From contig NZ_JAQIJT010000001.1 in assembly GCF_036946125.1 (NCBI RefSeq), positions 151,284 to 215,283 of the forward strand: DNA of 64,000 nt, given 5' to 3'. Shown here piece after piece: positions 1 to 7,007 of this stretch. The position numbers and the translations under genes are program-made. The stretch is from Sphingomonas adhaesiva (lineage in GTDB: Bacteria > Pseudomonadota > Alphaproteobacteria > Sphingomonadales > Sphingomonadaceae). The notes under the pieces were generated by a model. That model saw only the letters and a program-made list of their open reading frames with translations, made no database searches and was not told where the DNA came from. Numbering within the stretch: position 1 is the first letter of the stretch; every line of letters begins with the position of its first letter.

Positions 1-539
1 GCGCCCGCCGCGGGGGCGGCCGGCAGCGGCAGGTTCGACCCCTGCTGGTTCATATAGGCGATGAGGTCCGCGCGATCCTTCGGATTGCCGAGCCCGGCGA
101 AGGTCATCTTGGTACCGTTCGCGAACTTGCGCGGGCTGGTCAGCCACGCGTCCAGCTTTTCGAAGTCCCACGTGCCGCCGACCGACTTCAGCACCTCGGA
201 GAAGGCGAAGCCGCCCTTGCCCTGCCCGACGCCCTCGCCCAGCGTGCCGTACAGGTTCGGGCCGATGCCGTTGGCGCCCCCCTGGTTGATCGTGTGGCAC
301 GCGGCGCACTTCTTGAAGACCTCGGCGCCCTTGGCCGGATCGGCCGTGGCGAGGCGTACCGCGATCGGCTCCGCCGCTTCGGCACCGCCGCCACCGGCCT
401 CCTCGACGCCCTCGATCGCATAGCCCATCTTCTCGGGACGCTCGCCGTGGAATATCATGCCACCCACGATCGAGAGGCCCAGTGCCGCACCCGCACCCGC
501 CAGCACCCAGCCCGCAATCGTGTTGTTCCGATCGTCCAT
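1..539 (-). CDS. membrane-anchored cytochrome c family protein (CycM-like); C-terminus runs off the left edge of the window
   Basis: Minus-strand ATG at 539-537. My translation reads MDDRNNTIAGWVLAGAGAALGLSIVGG (N-terminal TM anchor), then ...FKKCAACHTINQGGANGIGPNLYG..., with a CxxCH heme-c motif and a class-I cytochrome c fold signature. It is absent from the ORF track because no stop lies in the window. Confidence 0.8.
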   Translation of the reverse strand, partial: MDDRNNTIAGWVLAGAGAALGLSIVGGMIFHGERPEKMGYAIEGVEEAGGGGAEAAEPIAVRLATADPAKGAEVFKKCAACHTINQGGANGIGPNLYGTLGEGVGQGKGGFAFSEVLKSVGGTWDFEKLDAWLTSPRKFANGTKMTFAGLGNPKDRADLIAYMNQQGSNLPLPAAPAAG

Positions 540-643
540 GTCGCGCTATCCGCCCCTTTTAGATGCCCACCCCATAGAAAAGCCCCGTCCACACCGCAAG
601 CGCTTGAGCGAAGCGCCGGCGTCTTCTACCCAGCGCGGCCATC

Positions 644-1534
644 ATGGACAGCTACGCCGCCCCCGCCCGCTCGCTCGTCGCCGCCCTGGCCGCCGCCGCC
701 GGCGCCGATCCGTCGCGCGCGGTCGCCTTTCAGGGCGCGCCTGGCGCGAACAGCCATGTCGCGGTGACCGAAGCGTTCCCGGACGCGCTCGCGCTCCCCT
801 GTTTCAGCTTCGACGATGCGCTCGACGCGGTAAAGGACGGCCGCGCCGACCGCGCGATGATCCCGATCGAGAATTCGCTCCACGGCCGCGTCGCCGACAT
901 CCATTTCCTGCTGCCCGAATCCGGGCTGGTCATTACGGCCGAGCATTTCCTCGGCATCCGCCACGCGCTGATCGGCTGCGGCCCGAAGGACGGCGTGCGC
1001 CAGGCGATGAGCCACCCGCAGGCGCTGGGCCAATGCCGCCACTGGCTGAAGGCGCACGGGATCGAGCCGGTCAACTACGCCGACACCGCCGGCGCCGCCG
1101 CGCTCGTGGCGGAGCGGCGCGACCCCGCGATCGCCGCGCTCGCCCCGCCGGGCGCGGCGGCGCTCTACGGCCTCGACCTGCTCGCGACCGACATCGCCGA
1201 CGCCGACCACAACATGACCCGCTTCGTCACGCTGGCGCGCGGCACGAAGCCGCTGCTGGGCGAAGGGCCGTGGATGACGACCTTCATCTTCGAGGTGCGG
1301 AACGTCCCCGCCGCGCTCTACAAGGCGATGGGCGGTTTCGCGACGAACGGCGTCAACATGACCAAGCTGGAAAGCTACCAGCGCGGCGGCAGCTTCGCCG
1401 CGACCGAATTCTTCTGCGATGTCGAGGGGCGCCCGGGCGACCCGGCGTTCGACCGCGCGATGGAGGAGCTGGGCTTCCATTGCAAATGGGTCCGCGTGCT
1501 CGGCACCTATGCGCAAGCAAGGGCGCGGGGCTAG
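644..1534 (+). CDS. pheA: prephenate dehydratase
   Basis: 296-aa ORF. AFQGAPGANSHVA...IPIENSLHGRV...TRF motifs and a C-terminal ACT-like region are typical of PheA. Divergent from cytochrome c, as in many alphaproteobacteria. Confidence 0.9.
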   Translation: MDSYAAPARSLVAALAAAAGADPSRAVAFQGAPGANSHVAVTEAFPDALALPCFSFDDALDAVKDGRADRAMIPIENSLHGRVADIHFLLPESGLVITAEHFLGIRHALIGCGPKDGVRQAMSHPQALGQCRHWLKAHGIEPVNYADTAGAAALVAERRDPAIAALAPPGAAALYGLDLLATDIADADHNMTRFVTLARGTKPLLGEGPWMTTFIFEVRNVPAALYKAMGGFATNGVNMTKLESYQRGGSFAATEFFCDVEGRPGDPAFDRAMEELGFHCKWVRVLGTYAQARARG

Positions 1535-2970
1535 TTGCCCCCTGCCGTCGCCCCGGGCTTGAGCCGGGGTGACGAAAGGGACGCATGCGCCGCCTTCAGG
1601 TCCTCCACGAAGCGCGCATATTCCGCCTCCCGCGCCGCCTCGTCGGGCAGCCGCAGCAGGTAGCTGGGGTGCACCGTGATCCACGCCGCCCCCCCGTCGG
1701 GCAGCCGCTGCGCCCGCCCGCGCTCGCGCGAGATCGTCATCGTCCGCCCGAACAGGCTGCGCGCCGCGGTCGCGCCCAGCGCCACCGTGACAGCGGGGCG
1801 CAACAGCATCTGTTCCTGCTCGATCCACCAGCGACACGCATCGATCTCGCCCGCATCCGGCCTGGCATGGATGCGCCGCCGCCCGCGCGGCTCGAACTTG
1901 AAATGCTTCACCGCATTGGTGACATATGTTTCCGCGCGCGTGATGCCCGCGGCGGCCAGCGCGCGATCGAACACCTGTCCCGCCGGTCCGACGAAGGGAT
2001 GCCCCGCCAGGTCCTCCTGGTCGCCCGGCTGCTCGCCGACGAACATCATGCCGGCGTCGAGCGGCCCTTCGCCGAACACCGTCTGGGTCGCCGGCTTGTA
2101 CAGCGGACAGCGCGTACACCCCGCCGCTTCCTCGCGCAGCGCCTCCCACGCCGCGGTGACGTTTCCGCCCATGTCCGACCGTGACGTCGCGATCATTCCG
2201 CTCTCCCGTGCCTGCGCGCTCGCCAGCAGCTGCGGCACCAGCGCGGTTTCCGGCATGTTCTTCCAGTATTTGCGCGGCATCTCCTTCAGCATCGCGCCGA
2301 CCTTCACGCGCGCGGGATTGAAGATGCTGGCGTAATAGGTCTTCCACACCTCCTCGACGGGGTCGCCGTCCGGCGCCTCCGCACGCGACGCCCCCGGCCC
2401 CTCCGACAATGCCCTGCCGTCCCAATGGAGCGATACCCCGGGCGTCAGGATCGACCAGCGCATGCTGGCGAAGCGGTTGACGAAGAAGGCGGCGTTGGCG
2501 CGGACGATATGATGCTCCGGCTCGAACCAGGCGACGTAGCGCGTGCCGCCTTCCTCCTCGCCCCTCTCCTCGACGGCACGGAAGCGCAGGAAGGCGCGCA
2601 TCTTGTGGATGTCGCGCCGCACCGCCTTCGCCAGCCCCTCCAGCCGCCGCACCAGCGGATCGGCATGGTCCTCCGCCAGCTTCGGCGCGTCGCGCAGCCG
2701 CCACAGCATCGCATAGAGCAGCGCGAACCGCTCCGGATCGGCGTGAAGCGCCGCGTCGCCCGCGAGGGCGAGGAACGCGCGCGACACCCGCAGCGGTGCG
2801 CCGGTCGGATCGGCACGCGGCGCCGCCGCGGCCTGGGCGAACAGATCGGTCGAGGCATCGCCCAGCTGCCATACGACGCGGTCGGGTGGAATGTCGTCCG
2901 CGATCAGCCCCCGCGCGGCACCGCGCCACGCGTCGACATCGTCGGGGGCGGGCAAGGTGACGGTGCGCAT
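1531..2970 (-). CDS. DUF4130 (TIGR03915-like) domain fused to a UdgX-type family-4 uracil-DNA glycosylase domain
   Basis: 479 aa. The C-terminal half has family-4 UDG motif A GEQPGDQEDLAGHPFVGPAG and the UdgX-like loop FKFEPRGRRRIH. The N-terminal half resembles the conserved partner of the TIGR03916 radical SAM protein. The last ~15 codons (..SPRLKPGATAGGN) lie in a REP-like palindrome at 1546-1574. Confidence 0.85.
   Translation of the reverse strand: MRTVTLPAPDDVDAWRGAARGLIADDIPPDRVVWQLGDASTDLFAQAAAAPRADPTGAPLRVSRAFLALAGDAALHADPERFALLYAMLWRLRDAPKLAEDHADPLVRRLEGLAKAVRRDIHKMRAFLRFRAVEERGEEEGGTRYVAWFEPEHHIVRANAAFFVNRFASMRWSILTPGVSLHWDGRALSEGPGASRAEAPDGDPVEEVWKTYYASIFNPARVKVGAMLKEMPRKYWKNMPETALVPQLLASAQARESGMIATSRSDMGGNVTAAWEALREEAAGCTRCPLYKPATQTVFGEGPLDAGMMFVGEQPGDQEDLAGHPFVGPAGQVFDRALAAAGITRAETYVTNAVKHFKFEPRGRRRIHARPDAGEIDACRWWIEQEQMLLRPAVTVALGATAARSLFGRTMTISRERGRAQRLPDGGAAWITVHPSYLLRLPDEAAREAEYARFVEDLKAAHASLSSPRLKPGATAGGN
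1546..1574. repeat. REP-like palindrome (cgtcgCCCCGGgcttgagCCGGGGtgacg), family E
   Basis: Inverted repeat seen directly. Related copies at 19879-19904, 45688-45713, 45725-45770 and 49689-49736. Confidence 0.7.
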
Positions 2971-2996
2971 CTAGGACGCACCACCCCCACCCGCAT

Positions 2997-3092
2997 CGTC
3001 ATTCCCGCGAAGGCGGGAGTCCAGACACGCTGACGCCGCGACCATCATCGAAACGTCGGCGTATCTGAATCCCCGTCTCCGCGGGGATGACG
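2997..3092. repeat. pair of REP-like hairpins in inverted orientation (cgtcattcccgcgaaggcgggagtcc ... gaatccccgtctccgcggggatgacg)
   Basis: Two short stem-loops whose outer ends (cgtcat / atgacg) are mutually inverted. They sit between the hemerythrin gene and the UdgX-like gene. Confidence 0.65.
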
Positions 3093-3107
3093 GCGCGAAG
3101 GAACGCC

Positions 3108-3593
3108 TCACTCGCGCTCGTCGCCCCCCGGCGGGTTGGCACGCGCCAGTTCCAGCTCCTCGGGCTTGCGCTCCTCATACGTTTCCGCCAGCCGTTCCTC
3201 GGTCGTGCTGTCGAGCTCCTTCTCCGCGGCGGGGAACATCTCTTCCTCCTCCTCGTCGATATGATGCTCGTAGCGGTGGCGCATGTGGAAGAATTTCGAC
3301 TCCCATTCGTCCGATGCAAAATCCAGGTCCATCATCTCGCCCAGCAGGTCGTCGACCTCCTTGTGCTCGGCGACCGAATGCCGCGCATCGTCGCGCAGAT
3401 CGGGGTTGCTCAGCATCTCGGCATAAAGCGATTCCTCTTCCGCCGCGGCGTGGCTCTGCACCTCCAGCCGGAAGTCCTCGAACAGCTTCTGCCGCTTCTT
3501 CGCATCGCCCTTCAGCTCGGCAAGTTCCTTCAGCATCTTGCGCTGCTTGTCGTGATCGCGCTTCAGATCGGCGTAGATTGCGGCGGTCGCCAT
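3108..3593 (-). CDS. hemerythrin-like (HHE cation-binding) domain protein
   Basis: Start chosen at MATAAIYADLKRDHDKQRKML (ATG 3593), with GGAG 8 nt upstream. His/Glu-rich helices (DHD, QSHAAAEEE, HSVAEHKEVDD, RYEHHIDEEEEE) are typical of the hemerythrin/HHE family. Confidence 0.8.
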   Translation of the reverse strand: MATAAIYADLKRDHDKQRKMLKELAELKGDAKKRQKLFEDFRLEVQSHAAAEEESLYAEMLSNPDLRDDARHSVAEHKEVDDLLGEMMDLDFASDEWESKFFHMRHRYEHHIDEEEEEMFPAAEKELDSTTEERLAETYEERKPEELELARANPPGGDERE

Positions 3594-3656
3594 CGGACAT
3601 CTCCTTCGCCACCGACAGCGCACGACCGCGCGCACCGTTTCACCCGCGAGTCATTC

Positions 3657-4910
3657 TCACGCGGCGAACAATTCCAGCTGTTGCGTCCTTGCCTTCGGCG
3701 CGACCAGCGGCGTCAGATCGGCACGGTCCGCCAGCACCACCGGGCGCCAGTCCTCGGTCGTGATGAACGGCCGAACGCGCGCGATCGACACCGTCAGCCG
3801 CGCGACATCGTCCAGCCGCAACCGCCGCCAGCGCCGCGCCGCCAGGATGCTCGCCACCGCCTTCGTCCCCAGCCCCGGCACGCGCCACAGCAGCTCGCGC
3901 GGCGCGCGATTGATGTCGACCGGGAAGCGCTCGCGAAATTTCAGCGCCCACGCCAGCTTGGGGTCCATATCGAGCGGCAGCATCCCCGTCGCCGCATCGG
4001 TCGCCGCCACCACCTCCGCGGGCTGGAAGCCGTAGAAGCGCATCAGCCAGTCCGACTGGTACAGCCGGTGCTCGCGCATCAGCGGCGGGCGCTGGAGCGG
4101 CAGCACCGCGGACGCGTCCGGGATCGGGCTGAAGGCCGAATAATAGACCCGCCGCAAGCCGAAGCGGTCGTACAGCGCCGACGCCCTGGTCACGATGTCG
4201 CCGTCCGTCGCGGCATCCGCCCCGACGATCATCTGCGTCGACTGCCCCGCGGGCGCGAACGTCGGCGCCGATCTGTAGCGCTTCTTCGCATCCGCCGTAT
4301 CGACGATCGCGCTCTTCATGTCGCGCATCGCGCCCTCGATCCGCGCCCCGTCCTTCTCGGGCGCCAGCCGCTTCAGCCCGCCCGCGGTCGGCAGCTCGAC
4401 GTTGATCGAGACGCGGTCGGCAAACAGGCCCGCGCGATGCACCAGCTCCGGATCGGCGTCGGGGATCGTCTTGAGGTGGATGTATCCGCGAAAATGATGA
4501 TCCTCGCGCAGCGACCGCGCCACCTCGACGATCTGTTCCATCGTATAGTCCGACGAATGGATGATCCCCGACGACAGGAACAGCCCCTCGATATAATTGC
4601 GCCGATAGAAGGACAGGGTGAGGTTCACCACCTCCTGCGCGGTTAACCGCGCGCGCCGCACGTTCGAGCTCTTGCGGTTGATGCAATAATGACAGTCGAA
4701 GATGCAGCTGTTGGTCAGCAGGATCTTGAGCAGCGAAATGCACCGGCCATCAGGGGCATAGGCATGGCAGATGCCCATCCCCTCGGTCGAACCCAGCCCC
4801 TTGCCGTCCTTCGAGTTCCGCTTCGCCGTGCCCGACGACGCGCAGGACGCATCGTACTTCGCCGCATCGGCGAGGATCTCCAGCTTCCGGCGGGTGTCGA
4901 GTTGCGCCAT
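3657..4910 (-). CDS. putative DNA modification/repair radical SAM protein (TIGR03916-like)
   Basis: CX3CX2C cluster CIFDCHYC. The N-terminus MAQLDTRRKLEILADAAKYDASCASSG matches the family's usual start, so I prefer ATG 4910. An in-frame upstream ATG at 4964 is the alternative. Confidence 0.85.
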   Translation of the reverse strand: MAQLDTRRKLEILADAAKYDASCASSGTAKRNSKDGKGLGSTEGMGICHAYAPDGRCISLLKILLTNSCIFDCHYCINRKSSNVRRARLTAQEVVNLTLSFYRRNYIEGLFLSSGIIHSSDYTMEQIVEVARSLREDHHFRGYIHLKTIPDADPELVHRAGLFADRVSINVELPTAGGLKRLAPEKDGARIEGAMRDMKSAIVDTADAKKRYRSAPTFAPAGQSTQMIVGADAATDGDIVTRASALYDRFGLRRVYYSAFSPIPDASAVLPLQRPPLMREHRLYQSDWLMRFYGFQPAEVVAATDAATGMLPLDMDPKLAWALKFRERFPVDINRAPRELLWRVPGLGTKAVASILAARRWRRLRLDDVARLTVSIARVRPFITTEDWRPVVLADRADLTPLVAPKARTQQLELFAA

Positions 4911-4912
4911 AT

Positions 4913-4927
4913 GTTCGATGTATGTTC
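4913..4927. promoter_or_regulatory. alphaproteobacterial LexA (SOS) box GTTC-N7-GTTC
   Basis: The sequence GTTCgatgtatGTTC (minus strand GAACatacatcGAAC) lies 2 nt upstream of the preferred radical SAM start, inside the 65-bp divergent region shared with the GT87-like gene. Confidence 0.6.
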
Positions 4928-4975
4928 GCGCGCGCGCCTTGTCGAGGGCGAACCGTGCTGCCATGGATCAAGTCG

Positions 4976-6199
4976 ATGAAGCGTATCGTCGATCGGCTCG
5001 GCCCCAACGGCCCCTATCTGGCGCTGGCCCTGACCTGCCTGCTCGGCTGGGGGTTCAAGGCGCATTGCGGCGCGGGCTGGACCGGCAGCGAACAATATAC
5101 CACCGGCTGTTACAGCGACGCCGTCCCCTTCTGGGGGATGCGCGGGCTGGCCGACGGCAAGGTGCCGTACTTCCAGGCGCGGATGGAATATCCGGTGCTG
5201 ACCGGCGCGCTGATCTGGGTCGAGGCGCTGTTCGCGCGGGTCACCGCCGGCGTCCGCGCCGATGCCGCCACCTTCCTCAACGCGGTCGTGCTGGGCAATG
5301 CGATCCTCGCCTTCGCCATTCTGGAGATGATCCGGGGCGTCGGCCTGTCGCTTCGGCGCCAGTATGCCTGGGCACTGGCGCCGCCGCTTGTCCTCTACCT
5401 CGGCCACAATTGGGACCTGCTGGCCGCATCCTTCGCGGTAGCTGCGATGCTGGCAGCCCGTCGCGACCGGCGCGTCCGCGCCACCGCGCTCGCTGCACTG
5501 GGCGGCGCGGCGAAGCTCTTCCCGGTGCTGATGCTGCCGCTTCTCGGGCTGGGCGCGCTGTTCGCACCCCGACGCTCCCACCGGGACCGTTTCGTCGGCG
5601 CGGCGTCGCTGGTCGTCGTGGCGATCGCCGCATGGGGCGCGGTGAACCTGCCGGTGGCCGCGCTCGCCTTCGACAACTGGCGCGAATTCTACGCCTTCTC
5701 CGGCGAGCGCCCCGGCACGGCGGCGAGCATGTGGGAGCTGATGGCGCAATTCGGCTGGTGGATCACCGACGTGCCGACGCGCAACCTGTGGTCGTTCCTG
5801 CTGTTCGCCGGCGGCGCGGCGACGATCGTCGCGGCTGGATGGCGGCGGCATGGCGAACAGCCGTGGCTGCTGTTCACCCCGGTGCTCGCGTGGTTCCTGC
5901 TGACCAACAAGGTGTGGTCGCCGCAATTCGACCTGTGGCTCTGGCCGATGCTGGTGCTGACCGGCACGCGCGCGCGCCCGATGGCATTGTTCCTGCTGGG
6001 CGACGTGGCCGCCTATTTCGCCGAATTCTGGATGTTCGCCGGCATGGAAGGCGCCTCCCCCTCCGCCACCCACACCGACATCCTCACCGCCGCCCTGGTC
6101 CGCGCCGTTGCGATCCTGTGGCTGATCCACGCGGCGGTCCGCGACCCGGCGCCGAGTTGGGCGCGATTCACGCGAAGCCGCGAAGACGCAAAGGCGTAG
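4976..6199 (+). CDS. polytopic membrane protein resembling DUF2029 / GT87-type polyprenyl-phosphate-mannose glycosyltransferases
   Basis: Start taken at MKRIVDRLGPNGPYLALAL (ATG 4976). There are multiple TM segments, and CYSDAVPFWGMRGL..PYFQARMEYPVLTG resembles the N-terminal loop motif of actinobacterial DUF2029/GT87 proteins. The last ~11 codons are encoded by the tandem repeat. Confidence 0.6.
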   Translation: MKRIVDRLGPNGPYLALALTCLLGWGFKAHCGAGWTGSEQYTTGCYSDAVPFWGMRGLADGKVPYFQARMEYPVLTGALIWVEALFARVTAGVRADAATFLNAVVLGNAILAFAILEMIRGVGLSLRRQYAWALAPPLVLYLGHNWDLLAASFAVAAMLAARRDRRVRATALAALGGAAKLFPVLMLPLLGLGALFAPRRSHRDRFVGAASLVVVAIAAWGAVNLPVAALAFDNWREFYAFSGERPGTAASMWELMAQFGWWITDVPTRNLWSFLLFAGGAATIVAAGWRRHGEQPWLLFTPVLAWFLLTNKVWSPQFDLWLWPMLVLTGTRARPMALFLLGDVAAYFAEFWMFAGMEGASPSATHTDILTAALVRAVAILWLIHAAVRDPAPSWARFTRSREDAKA

Positions 6200-6387
6200 C
6201 GCCCGGCGCAAAGCGCCCTTACTGGATCGCGCAGAGGAAGACAGGCCCCCGCCGTCCCCGAGCGCTCCATCTTCGCGTCTTCGCGTCTTCGCGAGAGAAA
6301 GGGATACACGCGGAGGCGCGGAGGCGCGGAGGCGCGGAGAGCATCGGCACCGCCCTCTGCGTCCTTCGCGTGCTCTGCGCGAACCAG

Positions 6388-6413
6388 AAAAAAAGAGCCG
6401 CCCGTGGCGGCTC
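6388..6413 (-). terminator. intrinsic-terminator-like hairpin plus T7 (minus strand), repeat unit 1
   Basis: gagccgcc-cgt-ggcggctc is an 8-bp perfect stem. On the minus strand it is followed by TTTTTTT (plus-strand A7 at 6388-6394). Confidence 0.5.
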
Positions 6414-6660
6414 GGAACGACCCCGGCGCCGGCCTGAATCGGATTCACGCGAAGCCGCGAAGACGCGAAGGCGGAGCGCCCTTACTGGTTCGCGCAGAGC
6501 ACGCAGAGAACGCAGAGGAAGACAGGCCCCCGCCGCCCCCGAGCGCTCCATCTTCGCGTCTTCACGTCTTCGCGAGAGAAAAGGATTCACGCGGAGGCGC
6601 GGAGGCGCAGAAAGCATCGGCACCGCCCTCTGCGTCCTTCGCGTGCTCTGCGCGAACCAG

Positions 6661-6686
6661 AAAAAAAGAGCCGTCCGTGGCGGCTC
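6661..6686 (-). terminator. intrinsic-terminator-like hairpin plus T7 (minus strand), repeat unit 2
   Basis: gagccgtc-cgt-ggcggctc (one G-U pair), preceded on the plus strand by A7 (6661-6667). Confidence 0.5.
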
Positions 6687-6920
6687 GGAGCGACCCCGGC
6701 GCCGGCCTGAATCGGATTCACGCGAAGCCGCGAAGACGCGAAGGCGGAGCGCCCTTACTGGTTCGCGCAGAGTACGCAGAGAACGCAGAGGAAGACAGGC
6801 CCCCGCCGCCCCCGAGCGCTCCATCTTCGCGTCTTCGCGTCTTCGCGAGATAAAAGGATTCACGCGGATGCGCAGAGAGCATCGGCACCACCCTCTGCGT
6901 CCTCCGCGTGCTCTGCGCGA

Positions 6921-6950
6921 ACCAGAAAAGAGAGCCGCCCGTGGCGGCTC
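6921..6950 (-). terminator. probable smc terminator (hairpin plus TCTTTTCT on the minus strand), repeat unit 3
   Basis: Same 8-bp stem, at 6932-6950, ~58 nt downstream of the smc stop at 7008-7010. The minus-strand tail is T-rich. Confidence 0.55.
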
Positions 6951-7007
6951 GGAACGCAGCAACAGACGCCACACCTCCGCGTCTTCGCGCCTCCGCGTGA
7001 ACCCGAT

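Larger units (their letters stand above)
6165..7000. repeat. tandem repeat, ~275-bp unit x ~3 (units start at 6165, 6442 and 6715), with internal interleaved inverted repeats
   Basis: gattcacgcgaagccgcgaagacgc recurs at 6165, 6442 and 6715 (periods 277 and 273), with near-identical sequence in between. The first unit has a deletion and a GGAGGCGC x3 expansion. Confidence 0.9.

Noticed and set aside
626-2929. 767-aa minus-strand ORF, plus similar very long ORFs elsewhere (7326..10523 +, 33527..35773 -, 33559..35823 +, 53474..55864 +, 56074..57810 -, 29843..31057 -, 48392..49987 +).
   Set aside because: These are antisense or out-of-frame shadows of well-supported genes (pheA/UdgX-like, smc, ligA, acylase, TonB receptor, ACAD, symporter). 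The translations are Arg/Ala/Gly/Pro-rich low-complexity sequence with no recognisable motifs, the typical stop-codon-poor frames of GC-rich DNA.
6165-7000. Possible CRISPR array.
   Set aside because: The whole ~275-bp unit is repeated, including the segments between the short palindromes. There are no unique spacers, the period is far larger than CRISPR repeat-plus-spacer, and there are no cas genes in the window.
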